From Klebsormidium nitens (lineage: Eukaryota; Plantae; Klebsormidiophyceae): a DNA stretch of 46,042 nt. This document shows positions 36,094-46,042 of the stretch, one piece after another (the first letter of the stretch is position 1; each line of letters starts with the position of its first letter). A program made the translations under genes and the position numbers. Under the pieces are notes generated by a model that was not told the origin of the DNA, did no database searches, and saw only the letters and a list, made by a program, of their open reading frames with translations. The stretch covers positions 1 through 46,042 of the forward strand of contig DF237611.1 of assembly GCA_000708835.1 (NCBI GenBank), given 5' to 3'.

Positions 36094-37977
36094 CTAGCCT
36101 TCAAGAAGCGAGTCGATCGTCGAGGACGCGAGCTTGCAGTGCTGCTTGTGGCTCGGCCAGTGCTTCTTCTGGTGGTCCTTGCTGCACCAACAGAGTTTCA
36201 ATGGCTTCAGCAACAGTAGTCGGGCTCAACTCAGGCCCTTGACAAGACAGCGGCGTAGCGCCGCCAGATTATTGTCAAGCTGGAGCCTAATTAAGCAGGG
36301 GCTCTGCATTATTAGCTCGAATCAGATTCCAAACCATGACGAGATGATCAGATGGAAATGTTGGGAGAAAAGGGCGCAAGCCGAAAGGCTCTTTCGAGAA
36401 CTCAGAGAGGGTGCTTCCCGCTGGTGATATTGCAAGAGAGCAAACAGAAGACAAACACAGGTCGAATCTTCCTGATGCTCGTTGACTCCTCGAGGACCTA
36501 AGGGCTGCTTCAGGATGCTCAACAGATCTGAGATGCTCAGAAAGTGCGTCAAATGAAGACACTACGATTATTTCAAAACCCCTTGCGCACAGAGGGTCTG
36601 ACCAGATTGAGTTATCCTGCTAGGATGTTGCCTCAGTTTGAGCCTTGAAGCTGGGAGTCTTTCCGTGCGGCGAACAGATGGACTTGCCGAAAGGGATTTT
36701 TGTCGGTGTGTCTCGTTCCAGCTTTCCAACACTCCTCAGTTTCATGATGAATGTGACCGATATATTCCTCTATATTATTCACAAAATCGACTGCTTTTCT
36801 GATGCTGAGTGCCTTCCAGAGGTTTGACCATGCTTGCTCACCTGCAGTAGTACGCGAGTGAGCAGTTGGCGCACTTGCTGAAGAGTCTGCCCGCATCAAC
36901 GACAGACCCCGCTTCGCACAGCTCCCAGGAGCACACAATCGGCGTTTCCCTGCGTTTGCTAGCCCAGGCTGCCAACGATTTTACTGATCCGGGGGATCTC
37001 TTCAGGTCAAGATTCGAAACAGCCCTTACAAACGGCAGTCGAGTTTCGAGTATAAGGTCCTCTCTGCACTTGTTCAGGTATCGTTTTCGCCACACGCTTG
37101 CACTTTGCGGGTCCTTCGGATGCATAATCTTCTTCTGGAGATCCACCAAACATCGCTCTTTGATCTTCAAACTTCTGATTGTGTCTTCCTCCTTCATTCG
37201 TCTGAGAACGGCTGGCTCGTCTTCAAATGTTATTTCTATGAGTCGCATCAACTTTCTGTGGTTTGCCAAATGGATCCTGATCAGCCCTTGATCAATAGCC
37301 CAGTTCTGGGTGTCATCACAAAGAATGAATGTGTGCATCAGAGGAACAATGTACACTGAAGGTTCGCCAGCGCGCTCCCGCGAAATCGTCTTCTCGAATT
37401 CCTCAGAGAGAAGTATCTCCGAGGCTGGAAACAGTGTCTCTCCAAATTCCTGCAGGCTTTTGCGGAACTGTCTCGAGACCCGCGCAAAGTTGACCAAGCC
37501 CCTTACAAGAACCATGGTCCATCTCAGCCATACTTCCTGGCAAACTCCCTTGCGGATGTCCTTATCAGTAAATCCAGCCATGCAAAGCAGGAAGGCATCC
37601 ATGAGTGCTCCAGGGAGCATGTTGCAATTGTTCTTCTCATGCTCGCTTAGACAGTAGATTGCCACTGCCTGGCTCTCGCTTAGATCCGCTATAGAAAGGA
37701 CTGAATGAAACTGCAGAGAAAGTTGCATTCTATGAGAGCTTTCTTGAGGACGCGACTCGAGCGCCTGAGTCAAGAGCTTATCAATCACAGCACCCCGCTT
37801 GTAGGCCAGAAGCTCTTGCAGCAGCCTGGAATACTGGAGCCTGGCAGAGGGATCGTTCCTTGCGCATGCAATCTGAGCCCTGCACCCCTGATCTTCTATT
37901 TCCTTGCGCACTTTGGCGACCTCGTTGAAGTCATCTGAAGATAGCTTGCAGGCATATCCTTCGACCAGCTGCTCCAT
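36094..37977 (-). CDS. MYND-finger protein, paralogue A (unknown helical N-terminal domain); exons 37977-36842, 36181-36094 (407 aa)
   Basis: CSWELC...CANCSLAYYCR|SKDHQKKHWPSHKQHC across a phase-2 GT-AG intron. It shares SRLLQELLAYKRGA and other blocks with B and C. Confidence 0.85.
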
Positions 37978-39005
37978 ACACACAAAGGCTCCCAGCTCTA
38001 CTCCTCAGTTGCTTTGTCTTAAGCACGAGTCCAACAGGCGGCGCGCACCTTCCAATGTGCTTGTTCCAATGCTTGTCAAACTTTGCAAACCCAGATCCGC
38101 GTGCTATTTGCCAGGATCGCTCAGGAGAATTGCATCAGATGACCCGTTCAACCAGGCCAGACCTGGCTCTGAAAGCTCTTGACGTTGGCCTGCCAATGCA
38201 TGTCCCCAATCGCGGTCGGGTTTCTGCACATGCAAAGGGCAGATGATGTTGAAGCTCTTCTGCGCAGAAGCTGCGTAGAAGCCCAGTGTCAACGTGCGTA
38301 CGTCAACCGGGTATGCAATCAGGGGTTGACAATCGCAAAAAACTGAGGCTTCGATGAACACTAAGAAAACGAATGCTTGTAACAGGCAAACATGATGCTC
38401 CCGGTCGCAGTACATTCAGAGTACATTGGTGTAACCTTAGAAGACTTGCGAGAGCGCTTCGTCACGTCCTGAATAAAGCAGTTTTCGCGCAAGCACCCTC
38501 AAAATCTGAAAAGGAAGGTTTGCGTTGGCAAGGATCTTCTGCAGCTCAGCCTCAGGTGATTTTCGTCCTGAGAAACGAGACAGCTTCAGCGGGCGCATGC
38601 AAGGCGCATTTTTTGATCAAAGACACCATGAGCAGGCGCAGCAGTAGCAAAAGGTGTAAGAAAACGAGGAGGCGCTAGTCTCTTTTCGGCAGACTTGAGG
38701 CGCTGATTGGAGCCACAAATTTCTCTGACCTTGCGCAACGGACGGTGCTTCCCTTGCTTTGAGTTTCCTCGAGGATGCCAGCGCGCTGAGGCTCTTGCGC
38801 ATACAGGAACCAGGTGCAGTGCAATCTGCACGCAACGTTCGTCAGGTAGTACTCAAAACTAGGAGATTACTTGATGAAGCGATACTTGGCAAGCTCAAGG
38901 TACCCACCTTCTTGAAAGTGAACCAGCCTCAGCGGCGCATGAGGAAGCAGAGACTTGTGCCGGTGGAGCTCTGAACAAGCTGTAGCTGAGTATTTGGTTT
39001 CGAAG

Positions 39006-40732
39006 ATGGAGGAAGCTGTTGATAGTTGCGCTTCTGTGCTCCTATCAAGCACTCCTGAATCGTTGATTGCCTCTGTAGACCTTTTCGAAAAGCATTTCGA
39101 ATATTCCGCCGGGATCTGTTGCTCGAGGCTGATTCAGGAGCTGATGGCCTACAAGCGTGGCGCCATCGTTGACCACTTACTGCAACAGATGCTCACAGCT
39201 CCCGGAGACAGTGATAAGATGAGGATTCGGCAGCTCTACTCATGTAGACTTATTGTGTTCTTCAGCGAAAACGAGGCGGTCGCAAAGTATTGCGTGAAAG
39301 AGAGGGAAAGAGCGCGCCCTGTTGCGGAGGCGCTTCTAGACGCGCAAGCATACCTCCTGCATATGATTCCAGGGCAGCTGCGGGAAACGAAACCTGTTCA
39401 GGATTCCGAACTTCTGGTAAAGAGGGAAAAGGGCAAGGGGAGGTACGAGTTCCTGGACTTAGCGCTGGAGAACATCAAGGGCTTCGCGAACTTCTTTAGA
39501 GCTTCAAAGCACTTTCGCCAGGCGCTGCAGCAATCAGAAACTTTCTTCCCAGATCTCGAGAGCCTGGTCTCTCGTAACATCACGAAGCGCGCGAGCGCTC
39601 ACCTTCAGGAGAAGGCAGCTAAGCACGTCTCCCGTCTGCTGCATATTTTCTCCCAATTTGAAGATTGCCAGCACTGGACCATTGACAGCGGACGGTTACG
39701 AATCCACGCAGCAGCAGCAAGGCTGCTGCGGTTAGACGGAGTGACAGAAGGTTTCGTCAAGGGCTGGAAGAAGCTAGGCGGGCCGTCCAGCGCCGGGTCG
39801 GTCCCCTTGGCCACCAGCTGGCAGTTGCGCAAGCATCTCGAGTCGTCCGAAAAGAAACTCTTGTATTTCGACAGGCGCATACGAAACGCAGGAGATCCGC
39901 ACACCGCGAGAAAGCTGCGTCAGGAGTGGTTGGATATGAACGAAGGAGCACTGGCCACGATGGGATGGCCAGCTCTGGAAAGATGTGGTGGCTTGCCTTC
40001 CGTCGCCCAAGGTCCCGAACAGGACGGTCTGAGGTTCGCGAAGGCCGTCGCAAGAGCCGGTAGCAGCGCCGCGCCAGTCGTATGCTCCTGGGAGATGTGC
40101 ACCGAGGGCTCGGTGCTGGACGCAGGCAGGCAGTTCAGCAAGTGCGCCAACTGCTCGCTCGCGTTCTACTGCAGGTGAGCTGAACATGTTTCTGCTCCGA
40201 TATCTTCAAAGCGCAATCTCTGCGCTCGAATTGAACGAAGATTTATCCCAGATGTAGCCTGGACTTTTTGCTTCAACGGTAGTCGGTTAGCCATCAACCT
40301 CATTTTTTCATTGACCTTTTCGGAAATCTCGTTTTCCACTATAGTTTCTTGCTCCTGTTCGTTTTTCCTTGTCCCCATCATAAACTTTTTAGGTGGATTC
40401 TGCTGCAACAGCGGTGCGACATGGGCTACACGTGTCAGAATATTATGGCTTACAGATATTATGAATCTTCAATCTGGATCGTTCGTATACTTCACTTCGA
40501 AGCTTTGATAGGGTCTGCCAACTTCAGTCAGGAACAAATGAAGGCTCGGTTGCTTGAAAAAAATGATCGCAGGCCGCATTTGTCTCGCTAAACGGTAAAG
40601 GGCTCTCCCAACAGCAGTTCTCCTGGCAACACGACCACTTAACAAGGCTGTATTCCGTCATCCAGCAAGGAACACCAAAAGCTCCACTGGACGAGCCACA
40701 AGAAGCAGTGCAAAGCCGAAACGTCTGATTAG
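39006..40732 (+). CDS. MYND-finger protein, paralogue B; exons 39006-40174, 40666-40732 (411 aa)
   Basis: CSWEMC...CANCSLAFYCR|SKEHQKLHWTSHKKQC with the same phase-2 intron. ATG 39006 aligns with the starts of A and C. Confidence 0.85.
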
Positions 40733-42826
40733 GCACCTGCACACATGGACAATTCTGGTAAGGCCCGTCATGCGCCAATGATTGTGACTTTCCGAACAAT
40801 TTTGCGCTTGCGAAAGTTGCTGATGCGCACTCAAAATTTCTCACAGCAATGTGGTTGTGAGCCAGAGGGTTCAACTGAAGCAGGCAGATTAGTCACCAGA
40901 AAGGAATACGGTTTTCGATTCGAGGTGGGCAATCGCATACATTATAGCAAACGATAGGGTAGAGAAGCTTCGGTAAAAAGAAGGGGCCGATTGCACCAAA
41001 CTTGTAAGAAATGGCAGAAGGCCCAGTACCTTCTGTAAGTGGTCGTGATGTGATGCGGGACAACCCATCAGACCGTCGCCGTCTGCTTTGAAACCATACT
41101 ACGAAATCTTCAGCGCTTGTTGAAAGGCCAGATAGGGTAGCTTAAAGGGATTAAAGAGGCACGGAATCCGATCGTTTATCATTTTGATTCACTTGTAATC
41201 GCCTTTTCAACACCGTTGAATCATTGACCTCGAACTCGTAGTATGCGCCATTCATTATCTCCACCGAAAGCGTGTGATCTCATCTTCGCACTGTGATGTG
41301 TTGCAGGGATGCGGACGCGAGTAAGTATACCTGAATACGCTGCTGCTCTAGGGATTGAGAATGGAGGCGTTTGGTCACGTGAAGCGAGGATAAGTAAAAC
41401 GATGACGCCACTGAATCAATGTTTATCAGGTTCCTCTACGTTGGAAAGAAAATTTGTTCCAGACCTTCTTGCCCGGGCCGTTGTCCCACATCCTTTTGCG
41501 CTGGGGGAGCATGGCCTGCAAGGAGTAGCTGGATCGAGTACAGCAACCAAATTTGCATGCAATGTCCCTATTTAGAAGCTGTAGTTTTAGTCCAAGTCTG
41601 TCTTATAAGGCATACATGCTCGTTTCGTGCTTGAAAGCCTCGTGTACCTCAGAGTTTTTCCTACCTACTTATCAAATGATGCATGGTTGCAGCAGCCTTG
41701 CCTAATCATTCTGTCCGTTGCGGGTAGCTGCATATGGATGTGTACCGCCTGCTCATCAGAATATTTCGAGCAATAATTGAATGTCTAAATTCCCCTCCAC
41801 TGAGTGATCACGCAGGCGGAAGCTTTCTGTGGGAAAGTCAATCCCGCAAGCTTGGGAGTGTGCAATACTGTCGTTTCACTCTGACCACGCATCCGGTCGT
41901 TCACTCGATGATGTGCCTCTTGGCGGACTCCGTATGCTCTTCCTCTAAATCATGGAGAACGCTGTGTATCAGCTTGGCCGCCGTCTTCATGCAGGACAAA
42001 GCGTTTTCTTAGCGCTTCTGCCCTGCACATGTCCCATGACGTCTCAAGTGGGCAAGCCATCAGACAACTTGAGGCACACCACTGCAGCTCGACATGCGAA
42101 TCTGGTGACTTATAATACGATTTCACCTTGCATCTGGTAAGGACTTACTGTGCCATAAAGCGTCAGGTTTGAGTGCTACGCCTACTTTTAAAGGCTTGTT
42201 CGTGTTCGTAGGATTGGCACTTACTGAGCACCTTGGAGAAGCCGCCCAGCCGACTTCGGCTTTCAGTGCTGTGACGTTCGCGGGTCGATCCAGTGTCGAG
42301 CCGAATATCATTTGCATCTCTGAACGTTCGATCAGTCCTGATAATTGATTTGATGGGCTTGCACCAGAGTGCACCGCTTCGTCAAGCTCAGCAGACGTCA
42401 CAGCGCGACTGGGGATGCATGGCGCAATAGGCTGATGATTCTGCCCGTGAGCAAGATTGTCGCGCGCGGCCGTGGCATTTGCATTAAGCCTTCAGCCAGT
42501 TCAAGCTCAATCGACTTTACGGCCTTTGGAATGCTCGTCATGCGCCCACCGCCCGCCTTGGCTAGAGAAGCTTCCTTCGTGCAGAATGGATGCTGGCTTA
42601 GAGAGAAAATTTAGAACCAAAGAGATCCATAGAGGCGAGTGTCAAGAGGGTCGACAGCCGCGCAGCCCTGGGCGCTGCTCATATGTGACCCCCTCCTGAT
42701 CAGCAACCCAGGGTTCAAGAATTTATGCGGGAGCCAGGGCTTCAATTTGGAAACACATGCAAGGTCTTTGGGGTCTGCAAGGGGGTGTAGGCTTGCTGGC
42801 CGCTCTAGAACCTTGATTGATCGGGC

Positions 42827-44590
42827 ATGGAGACCGAAATGAAGGTTGATTTCTGCGCATTAAAGTTGTTGTCAAACAACTACAAGGATCTAGATGCTGC
42901 CGTTGAATGCATAGAAACGCTGCGGATAGAGTCTGATGACAAGCCCTCAGCTAGAATCAAGTATTCCAGGCTACTCCAAGAGCTCTTGGCGTACCAGCGG
43001 GGGGCCCTTGTCCATAAGCTTCTAAAACAGATGCGTAGAGATCCTCCGCCAGTCAGCTTCGAAATGAGAATGCTTCGAGACTGTTCCACCTCAACGCTCG
43101 TGGCACTCAGCGAAAGCCAGGTTGTCGCAAGGTTCTGCGTGAAGGAGGAGCATAAGACGCGTCTCATTGCTTAGGCGCTGATGGACTGCCACGAGGCTTG
43201 TATGCGCATCATTCCGAGTCAGCTGCGAGGCGCAAGGTATATCCCAGATCACGTGCTTGGAGATGATGACGAGAAGGATATCTGCCTTGGAACGGCTGTG
43301 GATAACATCAGAGGCTTTGTCAACTTCTCTCGCGCTTCCAAGACCTTCCGCTTGGCACTCCAAGCAGTTGAAGGTTTGTTCCCCGCCCTCGAGAGTCTCG
43401 TTGCTCGCGACATCACTGACCTAGCGAGCGCGCAGACCATCAGGAGACTGCATAGAAATATGGAAAGGCTGATGCACACATTCGCGCTCTTTGAGGACAG
43501 CCAAGAGTGGGCCCTGGACAACGGAATGGTGCGATCTACGCAGCACTCTTCAGACTCGCTGGAATGGATCAGGTGTTTGAGCACGGGTTCGAGGCCAATT
43601 TTACAACGTCAAGCTTTGGGCGTCCTTCCAACTCAGATCTGCGCAGATACTTCTCGTCGTATGAAGCAGAGTTCCTGGAAGCTGATAAGGCGATGAGAAA
43701 TCCGGGGAACCCGGAGCTGGCAAAAAGGCTGCGAGACAAGTTTCTGCACAGTGTCCGATGTGGCTTAGCGTCAGTGGGACCTAATCTGGGAGTCAAAACC
43801 GGTTTCCCTGCCGGCGCTTTGCAAGATGTGGACCAAGACTCCCAGGAATTCGAAAAGTCCTTGAGAGCTTGGGCAAGCGGTCGTACCGGCGCGCCAGTGG
43901 TGTGCTCCTGGGATTTGTGCGAGACTGGATCGATGCTGGACGCAGGCAGAACGTTCAGCAAGTGCGCCAACTGCTCGCTCGCCTTCTACTGCAGGTGAGT
44001 AAAAAGGCCACAATAGGGACAAAAGAGACTTCTCAGAATGATTCATATGTTCCCAGCGTCAAACCCTTCTAACAGTTTCCTTGAGGAGGTCGTACAGCAT
44101 GGTCTCGACACGAGCTTGGGCATAGTCGTTTCTGTTTTTGAACCCTAGTTTTGACGCGACGTTTCTAGCGGACCACCGGAGCCAACGCCTAAATGCACTC
44201 ACAAGATCTGCTCGCGGGTACCGGTCTGCTTCCTCAGGTCTTCGCGTATGTATCTGCCGATTCTATGTTCACTCTGAAACCTTCATGAATACCTTACGTG
44301 CTTTCCAAACGCTTCTCTGTCTGTTTCTTCTCTAATGAAAGGAGCAGCTGGACATGAAACGCATGATCAAACCCTCCAAGGATCTCTTAGACCCTTGCTG
44401 GGGATTGATTTTATTCTTCGAGACGGCGCGCATCTTTTGGCGTGCCGCGAAACTCTTTTCAGTTCCAGCATCAGTTTTCTGTGGAGAATCTTTTGGGAAT
44501 CGACGTCTTCGTTCTTCCCCGTGCAGTAAGGAACATCAAAAGCTCCATTGGAAAAGCCACAAGAAGCACTGTAAGGGATCGAGCTCCTAG
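42827..44590 (+). pseudogene. MYND-finger paralogue C, disrupted; exons 42827-43994, 44527-44590
   Basis: In-frame TAG at 43172-43174 where B has Glu (PVAEALLD vs LIA*ALMD). A 1-nt deletion at ~43533 switches ...DNGMVR into IYAALFRL... The MYND exon and splice sites are intact. Sequencing error is not excluded. Confidence 0.75.
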
Positions 44591-46042
44591 ACGCTTTCTT
44601 CTGGAACATCGCAGGTGAGAACGTTATCCAGAAACACCAATCGGTTTTCTGCTGACTTGTATGTATATCGGTACGACAAGACTTACTATGTTCGTGGCTT
44701 TGGAGCTACCACGTTGCTGAGGAGCTTTGTTCAGAACGAAAATAGTTTGCGGATGTTGATAGCTTCTGATCCTAAAACCGTACCTCACAACCAAGATGAC
44801 AAACCGACTGTTAGGTTATCGACTTGATTGTCATCCAACTTATCTTCGACCATTGCCAAACATTCAAGTGGGGTGACGTAGCCGGAAAAGCTTAACTCAG
44901 CGTTCGGCCCACCAACATGAATGAAGCAGTAACTTGTCCTGACATTGGTCAACTTTCATTCAATGTCGTTGCTTTCTTGCTCCAGCAACTTGTCGAAACA
45001 GATTGTCCAGCTGATCTTTTTGATCGGGAGCGTTTAAAGATTGGGTTCGATCCGCAATCTGCACTGGATACTCTGCCGCTTACCAGCGTACTAGCCCATC
45101 GCAAGCCGATCAGATGCCATCATGCCGACTCGTGTAAATTCATACTTTGCTCCAGGTACGCAATCTTGTGAGGCCGCCTCAGTTCTGTTCTTCTAGTTGG
45201 TTGGAACGAAGGCGAACGGCCAGTGAACGGTCGAGGCCGGCCTTTAGAATGCCAGGCTGCAAATCAACGAAGGAGTCCGAACGCTTCAAAGGGATGGTCA
45301 CGTTTGTAAGGAGCTGGATCAGTAGGGCTGCCAAATGCCTGGTGAAGAACTTGCTGCCTAAGAACGGCCGTTCATCCACAGTATCTTTCGCGCACTCCAG
45401 ACTTGTCCAGTTCAGATTCAAAGTGCTATTGTTTCCAAAGTTCCGCTGCAATGATTCTTAGTAAGATGCAGCTAGATAGCGATGTTTCTATCTTTGATCG
45501 TGATTAAGCCCGCAAGCTGGCTTAAAGAGCATTCCAACAGCTTTTCTGATGCGTGCGTGCGATGATGAAGACTCGATGATCACTCAGTTGAGCTCATGTT
45601 CACTTTGAGAAAGAAAGTGTGCATCATCCTACATGCCTTTCTTGTCTCTTCGGGAAAATCGAAGGTACGACTCGTCGATCCTGCGCACATGACTATATAT
45701 AATTTTCTGTACTTGAGAGTTCAGGAATCCGCAGCTTCGCGTCCATTAGAGTTGCATGCAAAGAGCGCGGGGCTTTAGTCATGGCTCAGCAACGTTGGCG
45801 GCATAGCGCAGCCGCGGCGCATGAATTAAGAGCCGCTCATACAGCGCGGTACGTGGTGGCGCGTTGAAGGCCATATGCCGGGATCGATATCGGGTATGAT
45901 TGGAGTACTACTCAGTCTGTATGATGCCAGACGTAGTGAGCTATGGTAACGTGAGCACGCATAGAACTCATCTGTGTTCGTCCGGTAAGCGAGCAGAAAT
46001 CTGCATAACCTGGTCACCACCGCGGGTATTGTCACGATGTAT

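Noticed and set aside
45039-45060. GGTTCGATCC T-loop-like hairpin
   Set aside because: No D-arm, anticodon arm or acceptor stem upstream; not a tRNA.

Overview
Eukaryotic, intron-rich nuclear DNA, about 50-55% GC by eye, with GT-AG introns of roughly 0.25-1.3 kb and plant-type genes. It is most consistent with a streptophyte alga such as Klebsormidium (inference). The window opens exactly on a ~4.3-kb PIF/Harbinger DNA transposon with perfect 22-bp terminal inverted repeats, an intact DDE transposase, and a convergent Myb/trihelix ORF2 that carries a hidden 1-nt frameshift. Next come an unresolved degenerate ~3.6-kb segment and a 3-exon QALGGH-type C2H2 zinc-finger/EAR repressor. These are followed by a plastid solanesyl-diphosphate synthase, an At4g15545-like coiled-coil gene, the MFL1-like carrier (with an assembly gap in one intron), and a DDX49/DBP8/RH36-type DEAD-box helicase (with a partial exon duplication). 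The window ends with three paralogous ~410-aa proteins that pair an unrecognised helical N-terminal domain with a C-terminal MYND finger. Two are intact and one is disrupted, and all three share a nearly invariant 41-nt block. All exon models were built by hand from splice signals, phase consistency and recalled homologue motifs; no database search was run. No CRISPR array, rRNA or tRNA was found.
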